Below the pieces are notes generated by a model. The model ran no database searches and was not told the origin of the DNA. It was given only the letters and a program-made list of their open reading frames with translations. Below, piece by piece: positions 13,765 to 27,520 of a stretch of DNA of 64,000 bases; position 1 is the first letter of the stretch; every line of letters starts with the position of its first letter. The translations under genes were made by a program, and so were the position numbers. This stretch comes from Octopus sinensis (taxonomy: Eukaryota): assembly GCF_006345805.1 (NCBI RefSeq), contig NC_042998.1:117180001-117244000 (forward strand). Reading direction: 5' to 3'.

Positions 13765-14417
13765 TAAGGGGCATCCTATAAATAATGCGGTTTCATTATA
13801 CTTCTTTTATTTTTTTAAAATTAAGATAAACAAGTTCTTTTAGAATCTGCTCCGGTCTTTCGAATGTCATCCTCACTGTATGTAGCCAAGAATTATCCTG
13901 ATGGAAGGACTTTCGTCTTGTAAACCAATGATGGTCGTTTTTCTTCTAGCGCTTACTTGAATGACTTGTCGAATGACCAAATCTAACCTTTTCTGCTAGT
14001 CCCACAATAGTGACGACGGGATTTTGTTCCACCAGGGTTTTTAGGATGTCTTCGTCGAGCTCTACAGATCTGCCAAGACGAGGCTCGACTTCTAGGCTGT
14101 AGTTTCCGGCTCGGAATTTCTGGAACCACCGTTGATATTGGCTTACGCTTCTTGTCCAATCCCCATATACTGCATTAATATTCCTCGTTTATTCAGTTGC
14201 ATTGTTGCCTTTCTTGAACTCATAAAGTTAAATGTGCCGAATATGCTCCTTTGTCACTTCTATTATAGCTTTAAAAAAATAGCTGTTAAAATCGAACTAC
14301 ACTCTTCAAATCCTGCACTAAGAATAAGTTCAAAGTAAACTTACTACCAGCTTTTATAGCAAGCTGGCTTTTAGTTCATGCAATTAGAAAATGCTTTATT
14401 TATGGGATGACTCAGTA
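13765..14417 (-). mobile_element. Internally deleted mariner element
   Basis: Degenerate TIRs TAAGGGGCATCCTATAAATAATGCGGTTTC / GAAAATGCTTTATTTATGGGATGACTCAGTA. Minus-strand MEVTKEHIRHI..LYEFKKGNNAT..INAVYG..QRWFQKFRAGNYSLE.EPR.GR..ELDEDILKTLVEQNP (mariner HTH) is fused to a FHQDN fragment. Confidence 0.8.
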
Positions 14418-15550
14418 TATTTCATTAAATAATGTCTACCGACCTTCATTCCTAAATGCAAAGATAGCAAGGGGGTTCACACTTTGAAATATGATAGGGG
14501 CTTCTTAAACTGCCATAGTTTTTAGGATATGCTCCCTGCTGCATTTCCGCGAGGAATCCATTGAGTGGCAGAGGACATGCATAAATTTCGTATTCTGTGT
14601 CACACTACGGGTTGTAGAAATTTCACCTTGATAATTGACGAATGAAGTTTCACACTGTTTAACTAATCTATTCACAATAATGACTTGTTCTCTGTCATCT
14701 AAGTTTGATATCAAAGAGTAAATGTGACAGTTCCTACATAGGCAAAAACGAAAAAAATCCGTAACCATATATGTTGGTAAACGTGCATTATAAAAAGAAA
14801 TCATTGACAAACATTCGAAAAAGAGTTCATTCTGAGGGTTATACAATTACTATGGAGGAGAATCAAAGAGGCCATCTTTACTATGAAACTGAAGACATTG
14901 ATCTACAACAGATTAGTTACACATATTTGATTAATTATTTGAGGAAAACAATTCCGCGTATGTTACATCCTCAACTATTTGCCGTTTCACAAAACACCAA
15001 CTTCATATCATCTCCCATTTTCTCCCAGCTAAGGGCCACTAAATATCAAAATATATTTACGTTAAATGGTTGTTCTGTTTCACTACTTTTGTTTCTAATT
15101 TTGCATTTCAATTTGCAATTCAAGGATTTCCAAACAATATTAACTTTAAATGTTACAAAACCTGAAAGTACACTGCACATGTGTGTGTGTGTGCGTGCGT
15201 GCGTGCGTGTGTGCATGAATCTCTGTAGTGGGTATGTATACCACATCGTCACCGCTGTGATTCTTCTTTAAGTAAAACGTCTGAATAGAACAAGTACTGA
15301 GCTTGATATAATCAATTGCTAATAATAAAAATTATGGTCCAACATCATCCAATGACTTTAAAACGTAACCAAACTATCCTTATGGTCACACACACACACG
15401 TATATACATGCTTACATACATGCTCACATTCACATACACAGATATCGAAGCACCGCAATTGATATCTTATATAATTTTAATAAGGGCCGTTTTCGCGAAT
15501 CACTTCAAGAAAAGCATTTTGCTCTATTCTAGAAATGTCCACACACGCAA

Positions 15551-15587
<37 letters not shown>

Positions 15588-16221
15588 GCAAATAATTAAA
15601 ATAGCAAAGAATTAAAATATAATCCATCAATTCGTTTGCGTCACGTTTAGAATATTAAAGACATGTTCACATTCGTCGTCGCCAACATGTCTATAGGTCT
15701 TCCTTTTAACTGTCCAGCATTGTACTTGATATCCCGCACGGAATTAATTATGCTTCCACTCATAAACACTAAAATTTGTGTTGCTTTACTTCCTTTCTGA
15801 CGCATACATAGTTCTATACAATTCTTATGTCTCTTATGGCGATATCAAGAAATCGCTGACATTTTGAAAAGTACTATTAGGAAATATTACTGTTTGACAT
15901 CTCATTTTTAATATGAAATACGAATTAATTTGGATTCAATATAATAGAGTTTTTCCTTTTTCTTTTCTCTTTGCTTCAGATTAGTTTATGAGCAGCTTTA
16001 CAACATACAATGCAGTCTCTCTTAGGATTAAATCATAAAGTATAATGTGAGTCCTACGTCTATTTTAGAAATTTTACTTTGTATATATATCTTCGCTTAA
16101 ATATTGGTTCCTAACACTATGTGTCTAATGAATGCAAATACAATATAACTGTGTATGTGCCTGTCTCCTAGTAATTATATTATATACATACATAGACTCA
16201 TGTACACACAAGCGAATATAT

Positions 16222-16284
<63 letters not shown>

Positions 16285-16349
16285 AAAGTATTTGAAAGCA
16301 TTCTTTTAAATTAGCACCTTTTCAATTGTCTCGATAACCAAAAACTGTC

Positions 16350-16560
16350 TACGTCAAACGATGGCTCTGCACAGATACCAGATCAAATTTCCGAAGAACA
16401 GAAAAATAGCATTCAGCGAACACCATGGACATTTGCGCAAATAACTAACAATCCAGCTTGAGAATTTTTTCCCTCTATCAATTCAGTGACGATACAACTT
16501 TTAGTCAGCGCATTAATAAAGAGTCATTCTTCATCACAAAATATAAACTCCTTTTCAATG
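16350..16560 (+). mobile_element. Penelope-like GIY-YIG C-terminal fragment
   Basis: Frameshifted LHRYQIKFPKNRKIAFSEH..MDICAN..FFPLYQF..QRINKESFFITKYK parallels the same segment at 34100-34260. Confidence 0.5.
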
Positions 16561-16792
16561 CATCCACTACAAATGACACAACCACCAGACCTATAGAATA
16601 ACACACACGCAAATATTAAAAACAATATATTCAAAACAATCACTTTACATAAATTCATTCAGAACAATTCCAATCACTACTATTTCAACCACAACGGTCC
16701 CTTTTAAGTCACTTGATCATTTAAGAGGATCCCACTAATATCCTGCTACTCTCATGCCACTCCCGCATTTTTATTATTCTTTTTCTTCTCAA

Positions 16793-16926
16793 TCTTCTTC
16801 TTCTTCTTCTTCTTCTTCTCTTCTTCTTCTTCTTCTTCTTTCTTCTTCTTCTTCTTCTCCTTCTTCTTCTTCTTCTTCTTCTTCTTCTTCTTCTTCTTCT
16901 TCTTCTTCTTCTTCTTCTTCTTCTTC
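16793..16926. repeat. (TTC)n microsatellite
   Basis: Seen directly; it explains the poly-R and poly-S ORFs. Confidence 0.95.
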
Positions 16927-17379
16927 GCCACCTCCTTTCCCTACTACTACTGCTTAAACAAAGACAACAATTCACATCAAACTAGCTACTGCTAACTACC
17001 AAGAACCCACAAGAATAAAAAAGATAGGCAGAGACAGATTGAGAAAAGGAAAATGTCCCTTGATGGTTAAGTGAACACTAGTATACCAAAGCCATCAAAA
17101 ATGCTGAACTTTGAAGAAATTGAAAGATAAATTACTTGAACTAAAACCTTTTGCGATTTTAATTCAAAAATACTTAAATTTTAAAATATTGTTAAGCTTT
17201 CTACGAAACTGCCTTAGAACTAATGGGAAGTTCAGTGCACGCGCAGAGCGTTTTCAAGCAATCCTAAGCATTTAAGTCTGGCGACGCGATTATTGAGCCA
17301 GAGTACTGAACCTAAAATTTATAAATTTATAAGACTTCGTTTCTTATGCCACAAAGGACTCGCCCTGTCGTTACATATA

Positions 17380-18430
17380 TATGCACTGAGCCGCTGGTAG
17401 GGGGCGGATCTAGCACATCGAGATTGTAGGGCGTGATATGCTCAATACCGTGAATGTCCTCCCCGAATGTTCACAACGTTCATACACCGTCGGTACATGG
17501 AGTGCATGAGGTGGTTCAGAAAAACCATTGGCACCTGTGCCCACACCCTGAGGAGATCTGCCTGTAGTTCTACACGAGTTGTCGGCATTGGGACTACTTG
17601 GTTTAACCGTCTCTGGATTTCATCCTACAGTTGTTCAATTGGGTTCAAATCAGGGTTGAAAACTGGCCACGGTATGTTTCTGATGTTGCGCTGACGCAGG
17701 AAGTGCATGGTGACCCTGATCATGTGGGAGAGCGTATTGACCTGCTGGAACACGTGGCTATGGTGACGTGCAAAGAAGGTCATGATTTGAGGTTTTAGGA
17801 TCTGGTGATGCCATTCCCTCTGCTTACACCAACATTTTGGAACACATGGTGCCCGTTTCTCTGATTCAGGTCTATAGCACCCCACACCATGATGCTTTGG
17901 CCACCTCACGCGTCTCTCTCCATGACACATGCGTCTCTGTAATGTTTTCTCCTCTTACGCACACCCTCACTCTGCCATCCGAGGTGGAAACGCAGTATCG
18001 GCTCTCGTCAGAAAATACTATCGACCTTCATTGTTGATGCCACCAGTATGGGTGCTGTGTAGCCCACTATAGTCGTTCTGTTGGTATTGTTGTATCGATG
18101 TTGCACGCGATAGATGGTGCTGACATGGACATTGTAAGATTTCGCGACAACCAGGTCATGCTGCTCTGCTTGCAATCAGCCTATAGCTTGTTCTCTCTGC
18201 GCCAATGACAATCGTGTCATACCTGATGCGTCCAAATTTACGAATGTCAGGAGCGTGGTTCAAGTTGATTGTTATACCCATAACCTCCACGAGATGCACG
18301 TGACAATTGTTTGCAACAGCGACCCATGGCATTCTACGCAGCTGCGTTTTGGAGTCTCGTTTCAGGGAAATTTGAAAGGTTGCCAGCAATTTGGGTCTCA
18401 GATGTAAACCAGCTTCTCTTGGAATATTTA
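17380..18430 (-). mobile_element. Decayed Tc1-family (DD34E-type) transposon
   Basis: Minus strand gives GGQSIMVWGAI, VFQQVN, WPVFNPDLNPIEQL*DEIQRRL and C-terminal RRCMNVVNIRGGHSRY*. Element ends are approximate and TIRs were not identified. Confidence 0.8.
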
Positions 18431-18794
18431 AAGTCAAATCCTCGAAATAAATTTTGAGAATTTACCATATAAAAATGGTAAATTCGTTCCAAAATGTTTG
18501 TTTTTCTAACCCTTGCTCTTAGCAAATTTCTGCATATAATTATGCCAGTTGGCAAACATCTTCAGAGTCACAATTGTGATATGGCCTTGGGTTTCTTAAG
18601 ATTTCAAAAGTGAAATAACCAAACTGAGAGACAATTTAATATGTGATAAGATGAAACAAATAAGTCAATTTAATGTAACTGATGAATGCATGCGTCGAAA
18701 AGCTTGCGGGTCCCAACGATTTTCAGATTATGTTGTTAAAGCCATGGCACCATCATAAGGTGACTGGATAATCTTTCACCACAATATTTATTTC

Positions 18795-19145
18795 GTGATC
18801 AGCAATGAAAGCTTAGGAGAGCTAGATAATAGCTTTTCAGAGCAAAACGACAGCATATATTCTTCCTTGGCAAGTCGACTACCAATGTTCGAGACATTTT
18901 TTGATTTTGATGCTTTACTGCCTTTGAGCAACTTAGTTAATTGCGATAAATCAGCCTTAAACTCCGAACTTACTGTGGCTCAAACACACATTTCCAAGCA
19001 AAATATGACACTGCAGGATAAATTTGGATATTTAGGCATCGTACATGATGCCTTTCCAAATGTTTATCTATTGCATGGTGCAACATTAAAATTTGGATGT
19101 AGCACAGCTACATATCATCGTTTTCGACGCCAACTCGAAATATGA
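18795..19145 (+). mobile_element. hAT transposase C-terminal dimerization-domain remnant
   Basis: ESLGELDNSFSE...DAFPNVYLLHGATLKFGCSTAT resembles the hATC motif FPxxxxLxxxALTxxxSTAxxERSFS. Confidence 0.55.
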
Positions 19146-19254
19146 AACCCTTTCGACAAAATATAAACACCTACGAAAATCAAGCCCCGTGATATTTGCT
19201 TCTCTTAGTAAATATAAATAAAGTATAGACAAGGACGATTTTTATAATTTTGGT

Positions 19255-19600
19255 GCAGTGCGTTGCCGTAGATTGCAGTTGTGTGTGTGCATACATGTGT
19301 GTTTATGCATGTATATATGTATGTATGTGTGTACATTTGCATGTATGTATTCTGCATATTCATGTTTGTGTGTTTTTACGTATGTTTGTGTGTGTGTGTC
19401 TGTATATGTGTGTGTATCTCTCTTTGTGTGTGCATGTCTAAGTAAGTGTGCGTGTGTGTGTGATTTGCAATTATTCACCGTGTTTGTATATATGGATGTG
19501 TATCTCCATATGTGTCCTTATGTGAAGTAAAGTGTGTGTATTTATGTGTTTCAGTCTTCATTTGTGCATGTGTGCGTATGTGTGCTTCTCTGTTCATATG
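19255..19600. repeat. (TG)n/(ATGT)n low-complexity tract
   Basis: Seen directly. Confidence 0.9.
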
Positions 19601-20689
19601 ACCTTGTCTGTTTATATAACTAACGTGCTTCGATCATCGGACACTGTTATTTGCAAAAGGCTGTGTCAAAAAATATTTACCCAAAATGATAAATATTACA
19701 ATCCTTGATTGATACAAAAATAAGGACGAAAACGTAATATCCTGATACCAATATGTTTATAGAATCTGCATTAAATTTCCATTCGAACGTGTGTACAATT
19801 GAAAAATATCACTGTAAGTGTGACACTTAACGAGAAATTATTTTTTGATCGAATTTCTGCTTGAAAACCTGTCAATTTATCCACAACAGAATCGTAGTAA
19901 TTAGTAAAAATTAATCTAGAAAATATTACTGCTCTTAGTGTATGGCCATGTTTCTAGGTTCGTCTTGTTTCCTTAACGGCCATGATTAATCCGTATCCAG
20001 CTCCTAAATTGTCGATATTTGACACTTCTTACGCGAGTCTGTGAACCGACTGACAAATCTAGGAACCGAAACTTATTACTCTTAAAGCGAAAAGCTTGAA
20101 GCCTAAGTATACCGTTACAACATAAAAGAAAAAATAGTTTTTGAGCGTAAGTATTGATATCATGGCATATAGTAACAAATGTACATGTACCCTAATATTT
20201 TTGTTTAAAGTATGTACGTATGTATGCATGTATGTGTAAACGAATAGCACACATATGCATACATATGTATGTATAGCACATATGTGTATGTATGTATATA
20301 TGTATACATACATATGTATACATATGTATGTATAGCACATATGTGTATGTATGTATATATATATAAAGAATTGCACACAGTTCACATAGCTTTAATATAT
20401 TTTAAACGAAACCATACTGTGGTTGTCAAACGCGTTCGTTTTCACTAATCATGATATTGAAATTATAGTAATTTCGCTTATTCTTAACAAGATTTTAGTC
20501 CCTGTTCTTGTATGAAAGTTTGTGAATGAATCAACAAGTAGAACATTTTAGAGGAGGTAATTGGTGAGTATTATTACTCGGGACAGGGCTGGGATAAATA
20601 AACATACAAAAACTCATGAGCTAATGTAGTGAGATGAAATATGTACAGTGATGTATATGTGATCATGTATTAAAATATATGCTGAGATT

Positions 20690-21230
20690 ATTCGATGACA
20701 TCTACTATTGGCAAAAATGTGGAATTGCGATGGAAACGAGAGCATCCCCTATTTATGCGAAAATAATAATGGGACTCACAAGATTTTGGACTCACAAGAT
20801 AGGTAGTGTCACTGCAAAAATATGGATATATATTTCACCATTATTTAAGAGAGAATTGGAAAATATATCTGGATGACTGTTTTATTATTGGAATGAGACC
20901 ATCGGTGAACTTTTGAAATTTAAATAAGTACTAAATAGTGTAAACACCAGCATTCAGATTACAATGGAATATAGCAAAGAACATCTCCCTTTCTTAGATC
21001 TCCTTATAAAGAAAGTGAACAACCAAATTGAAAATGACATTTATTATAAACAAATGGACTTATGCAACGCGAAACAAATCAAAAGAAATAGTTCTTTTAA
21101 TTTAGCGAAAACAATTTGCTTAATAATATCTGATGGATATACTCCGGACCTCCGTTTTCAAAACCTCAAGACATCACTGAAAGACACTAACCACACTCAC
21201 TTTTAAATGATATAATTAAATGAGCCCATA
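20690..21230 (+). mobile_element. Penelope-like reverse transcriptase fragment
   Basis: GIAMETRASPIYAKIIMG, a frameshifted YLDDCF-like motif, LNSVNTSIQITMEYSKEHLPFLDLLI and DIYYKQMD are typical PLE RT motifs. Confidence 0.75.
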
Positions 21231-21745
21231 GGCATTAAAAGACTAAGGGAAACATAACAAAACATTACACCTCATCTCAAAATACTATCATATAATCAAC
21301 TCGCATCTTTAGCTTATGAGATTTGTACGTTTATTTATCCTTCCATAAAATTACTTCCCCTCTCGGAAGTAGTAACTATGACCTATAACCTCCCCTTAGA
21401 TCTTTCTACTTGTTGATTAATTCACAAACTTTCATACAAGAAATGGACTAAAACTTTCTGAAGAAAATACGTAATTACAATAATTTCAATATCATGTTTA
21501 GCGAAAGCGGTCGACAACCGCCATACACTTTCATTTAAAATATATTAAAACTATGTAAACTGTATGCATTTTCCTTCTTTTATTTTATATATATGTATTT
21601 TTGGCATTACAACTCACCATAATCAGAATTCTCTTCCTCCTTTTCCTTACATTCTCTCTGTCTTTCTATATATGTATATACATATATATATATATACATA
21701 TATATATACATACATATATATATATATACATTATATATATACATA

Positions 21746-21830
<85 letters not shown>

Positions 21831-22016
21831 TAACAAATGCAAAGGGAGAGATTAGAGAGATTAGGTGTTGTCTGCATAGAATAGTCTTTGTGGTCCTCAA
21901 GAGATTTGAACCTGAACAGGTCGAGGAGTAAATGTAAGATGAAGCAAGTTAGGCAGTTCGGTATACTTACCTAATTTGCTTTTCTTTACATTCACTCTTA
22001 TGTATATGTATATATA

Positions 22017-22076
<60 letters not shown>

Positions 22077-22104
22077 GTGTGTGTGTGTGTGTGTATATAT
22101 AGTG

Positions 22105-22235
22105 TTATTGGACTCTCAGGAAAGGAATGAAAGAGGACTTAACGTTTCGAGCGAAGCTCTTCGTCAGAAACATAGGAAAAGGATAGCTCCAAGGAAGGGA
22201 AGACGGAGGAAAAAATCGCCAACGATAAACACGCG
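22105..22235 (-). mobile_element. Penelope-like 3' terminal fragment with hammerhead motif
   Basis: Minus strand GTTT-CTGACGA-A-GAGC-TTC-GCTC-GAAACGTT-AAGT, embedded between (TA)n tracts. Confidence 0.6.
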
Positions 22236-22242
22236 CTCACAT

Positions 22243-22277
<35 letters not shown>

Positions 22278-24890
22278 ACACACACACACACACACACATA
22301 TAGATATTTATATATATATAGAGAGAGAGAGAGTAAAATGTATTTGGCAACGTAACTTGTCAGACCTGAGTAGAAGGATGTTACTAACTTTCTTAGACCC
22401 TGTGGCTAAAAAAGATAGTAACATCTTCCTAATCAGTATTGCCAAATAACATTGGCAAATGTTACGCTGCAGTACTGTTACTGCTTACTGATCGCTCAGA
22501 GATTTAAAACTATTTGTTTTCCTCTGTATATATATATATAGGTGTGGCATTTTAGCAATTAGAATCTAAAGGAAAAAGTGATAGATGTAACAAATGTGAC
22601 AGTGTGTACTGACTAGCACAGCTTTTGCTTGCTAAATATAACATTTAAAAAATATCAAAAGTCGCAAAAGCACTGAAGTTAATGACTGACATAGAGACGT
22701 ATGCCTCCGGTGTACCTAGTCGGGTTTTCATGTAGGCCATCATAATTCCCATCAGCGACTCTTAACGCCAAGGGTAAACTCAACTACCTCTGTCAGTCTT
22801 ATAAGAAGAACAGTTGAAATCATGTGCTGATTTTGGAAACGGTGATATTGTGAACAACAAAATTAATATGAGTGGCTTATCAGCGATTAGAACGTAAAGG
22901 CAAAAAATACAGTCTGAGGGGACTGATTAGCACTGCGTTTGCTAAAAATAAGAGTTAAAACAACCCAATAAGAGTTAAAACAACATACGCACATAAACTA
23001 TACATACATACATTAATACATACATACATATGTACATACATATATCTTACATATACATGCATATCTATTGTAGGTGATGTCCATTTTTGAGATCAGCCAA
23101 TTGTACTAATAAGAAAGATAAAGAAAATAGAAATGTTTTATTCTTCATGTAAATGAATCATAAGCGCATTGTTGACCGATTCTTGGTATTGACATCTCCT
23201 CTCCAAATTTCGATGCATCAAATATTCAAAATTAATTACAACTTTTTCATAATGAATAGTGCATGTGATCCGATGCATGTTAAACATTTGATTTATCAAT
23301 AAAGAAAGCCATTTCATCACTGCTTTTCAAAAAATATGTTAGAAAAATTGCAAAGTATTTCTAAGCGTAATTACTTTAAATTCGTGGCCTGTTAGTATTT
23401 TTACACAGCTAAAACTTTGAAAAAAATTTACTAGAGAAAAAAATATCTTCTTGCTATTTTATATTCTGAGCAGTCAATATACTGGAACTGCTTGTCAACA
23501 AGATTGACGAGAGTGTAAAATGAAACAATAATGTACGTGATTGCCATTTCGAAAACTCTCAGAATAGTATTGCGGGGCAATTATATGAAAATCACCCTAA
23601 TATATGTGGCATTAGCGAGCGTCCAACTGCTTTCGTCCATATTTACTAAGTTTTCAATTATCTCTCTTTGCAACTATAGACAGAAAGACAGGATGATGTA
23701 TTACAACTTAAACTTATCCTTAGATAGATCATATAAACCACTTTTGCTCTGAATGAAAGATATCAGTATACAGAACTGCAGAAGAGGGAAATGTCTAAGC
23801 TGGAAGTGAAATATTAACATTATATTTGAAATTACTGGCACCAAATTGTAACTAAATAACGATTCATCATATGGAGTACAAAAAATCGAAAGGATAAATA
23901 AAAACGTAAAAGCCTTTTAAAATTAATATTAAGATACAATATAAGTAGTGATGTTAACGTGCTCCATAAGTATTCTCGTTTTGTCGTCTTCGAATTAACT
24001 ATAATCAGAAGTAAGAAGTATGAGGAAATATTATACCAGAAAAATTGTTTATCGGAAGTTACTGACATTTCTTCTGAAATTGAATTAAGCTAGTGTGAGA
24101 AAATTTTAACATGTCTGTCTTTTTTTTATCGTGAGGTAAATGCACGTAATTATAACGCCAAGGAAAATTTCTTCTAATCTTCCACAATTATAACTTTTGT
24201 ATAGTAATAAGAATATTGGTAACATCTTGCTTGACATTGAGAGTTTGTACCCAATATAAATTGCTTTCATTGCTTGCGTAGGTAGTTTTGATGTATTGTA
24301 ATAAATTCATTCAAGCAATTACTCTTATGTAACAATGTGCACTGTTTGCGTTGTATACCATTTCTGCTTTACAATTAAATAATTATGAATGAAATAATAT
24401 TTATATTTTGAGATGAGGTTAATAAGTAAAAGGCGTTTAATGTAAGAAATTATCAAAATGTGTATTCCCGCTTAAGGTGAGTATTCTCTATTTAAATTGC
24501 GAGAAGGTACTCTGTTCAAATGATCGCGAAAAGCTTGAAAATATATGGAGTATATTCAAAGTAGTTTAACTTACAGTACACCGTAACGTTGTTCCTTTTC
24601 ATATTGTTCTGCATGAGAGATGATTGCTTCACTCTTATGACATAACTTCATACAAACGTCGATTATGTCAGAAAAAAAGTCATAAATGTATCTTTAGCAC
24701 TTATTCCTAAAACGTTATTAATAATGTAGAGTGAGAGAGGCAAGTGTTATAGTAAAGTTTTGAAATATACATTTTGCTTATTTATTCTCTCTCCATGTCT
24801 CTTACTGCCTCTCTTCCCTCTCTCCATTCACATACATTCACACATTGCTCAAATACACACACACACACACACACACCACACACATATATA

Positions 24891-24940
<50 letters not shown>

Positions 24941-24941
<1 letters not shown>

Positions 24942-25052
24942 TTTCATATTATTAAGTAACTAAGGGGAAATGATGTGTTCGTTTATTATGAGTTCTTAAC
25001 TAGGCTGAAACGTGTGTAAATATACATTACATACATGAATATATATTCATAT

Positions 25053-25083
<31 letters not shown>

Positions 25084-25762
25084 TATATATATATATATAT
25101 TTATATTTATGTATGTTATGTTTATTTACACACGTTTCAGCCTAGTTAAGAACTCATAAAAAACGAACACATCATTTCACCTTAGTTACTTAATAATATG
25201 AAAACTATTTTGTCCTAGATACTTTCTTCCCCGAAGCTATCGATACAATACTCTATATTTATGTACGTGTTTTAATATGGATTTAAGTTTTGAAAATCAA
25301 TATTCTTATTAACAATTGTTTTCTTCTCCCCGTCCATTGTCTAGCATCTTCCTCAAAAGATTATGTCACCATTATAACCGGTAACATACGCAATCAGAGA
25401 AGCTCTAAATTCATCCGTTCCTCATATACAGATATATGGAAATGCATTTCACACGCACACAAACACATACATACAAAGACGCAGACACATATGTATATAC
25501 GTTTAACCATCTATCTTGTATATATAAGCAAATGTGGTAGTACTAAAATCTCTCTAATAGATAAACGCAGTAGTTGTACTCATAAATAATGTTCGTAACC
25601 ACTTCAACATGACTGTCAGTTCGGACGGACTCTACTGCGATTTTTAACCCCAAAAGAACATCTCATCTAGATGATTAATGGCGCAAAACTGCATGCGATA
25701 AATTGCGAGCAGGGGAGTGTACTCCAGCTACTTTCTAGCGACACACACAAAGATAGACAGAC

Positions 25763-25825
<63 letters not shown>

Positions 25826-26680
25826 GATATATATATATAATATAATTATATATATATAGTTTTCATATTATTAAGTAACTAAGGGGAAATGATGGTTCGT
25901 TTATTATGAGTTCTTAACTAGGCTGAAACGTGTGTAAATATACATACATACATGAATATATATTCATATAAATTATAATATATATACATATATATATATT
26001 ATATATATATATATATATTTATTTTATGTATGTTATGTTTATTTACACACGTTTCAGCCTAGTTAAGAACTCATAAAAAACGAACACATCATTTCACCTT
26101 AGTTACTTAATAATATGAAAACTATTTTGTCCTAGATACTTTCTTCCCCGAAGCTATCGATACAATACTCTATATTTATGTACGTGTTTTAATATGGATT
26201 TAAGTTTTGAAAATCAATATTCTTATTAACAATTGTTTTCTTCTCCCCGTCCATTGTCTAGCATCTTCCTCAAAAGATTATGTCACCATTATAACCGGTA
26301 ACATACGCAATCAGAAAAGCTCTAAATTCATCCGTTCCTCATATACAGATATATGGAAATGCATTTCACACGCACACAAACACATACATACAAAGACGCA
26401 GACACATATGTATATACGTTTAACCATCTATCTTGTATATATAAGCAAATGTGGTAGTACTAAAATCTCTCTAATAGATAAACGCAGTAGTTGTACTCAT
26501 AAATAATGTTCGTAACCACTTCACATGACTGTCAGTTCGGACGGACTCTACTGCGATTTTTTAACCCCAAAAAGAACATCTCATCTAGATGATTAATGGC
26601 GCAAAACTGCATGCGATAAATTGCGAGCAGGGGAGTGTACTCCAGCTACTTTCTAGCGACACACACAAAGATAGACAGAC

Positions 26681-26727
<47 letters not shown>

Positions 26728-26805
26728 TATATTATATATATATATATATTATATATATATATATAATATATATATTATATATATATATATATTATATATA
26801 TATCA
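24941..26805. repeat. Tandem duplication of a ~918 bp unit bounded by (CA)n(TA)n
   Basis: Near-identical ORFs at 25290/26207 and 25671/26589. Each unit begins with a ~264 bp palindrome. Confidence 0.9.
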
Positions 26806-26820
26806 ACATTATATGTGCAT

Positions 26821-26976
26821 GAGAGGCGGTGTGTGAATGGCTTGCTTACCAACCCCATGGTCCGGGTTCAGTCCTACTGCGTAGCAACTTGGGCAAGTGT
26901 CTTCTACTATAGCGTCGGGCCGACCAAAGACTTTTGAATGGAATTGGTAGACGGAAACTGAAAGAAGCCCGTCGTA

Positions 26977-27057
<81 letters not shown>

Positions 27058-27262
27058 TGGTGTGTCTGTGTTTCCCCCCAATATCGCTTGACCGATGCTA
27101 CTGTGTTTACGTACCCGTAACTTAGTGGTTCGGCAAAAACGACTGCTAGAATAAGTACTAGGCTTACGAAGAATAAGTACTGGGTTGATTTGCTCGACTA
27201 AAGGCGGTGCCCAGCATTGCCACAGTGAAATGACTGAAACAAGTAAAAGGAGTAAAGAAGAG
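26821..27262 (+). mobile_element. tRNA-derived SINE, family B (internal (TA)n/(TG)n)
   Basis: B-box CCGGGTTCAGTCC, then CTTGGGCAAGTGTCTTC, GAAGCCCGTCG(TA)n and tail AAAGGCGGTGCCCAGCATTGCC...GAAACAAGTAAAAG. Four copies occur in the window. Confidence 0.85.
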
Positions 27263-27424
27263 TATATATATGTATATGCATGTATATATGTATATATTTT
27301 ATGTATATATATATATATATGTATATACATACATATATTTATATACATACGCACACAGACACACACACGCACACACACACCCACACACACACATATATAT
27401 ATATGTAATGAGATTTTACACAAA

Positions 27425-27520
27425 AAAAACAGTCGAAGACGGGTGTCTAAGCAAGAAACAGATGTATTAGTGTAACGATCGGGAAGTGAGAAAGTCTTTT
27501 ACGTTTCGAGCGTACATTCT
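27425..27520 (-). mobile_element. Penelope-like terminal fragment (3' half of hammerhead only)
   Basis: Minus strand ...GCTCGAAACGTAAAAGAC parallels 22137-22155; the CTGANGA half is lost at a (TA) tract. Confidence 0.4.

Noticed and set aside
16721-16975. Poly-Arg/poly-Ser ORFs resembling a protamine or SR protein
   Set aside because: Pure (TTC)n microsatellite.
24941-26805. Regularly repeated units as a CRISPR-like or prokaryotic defence array
   Set aside because: Eukaryotic context, only two ~918 bp units, and no repeat-spacer pattern or cas-like ORFs.
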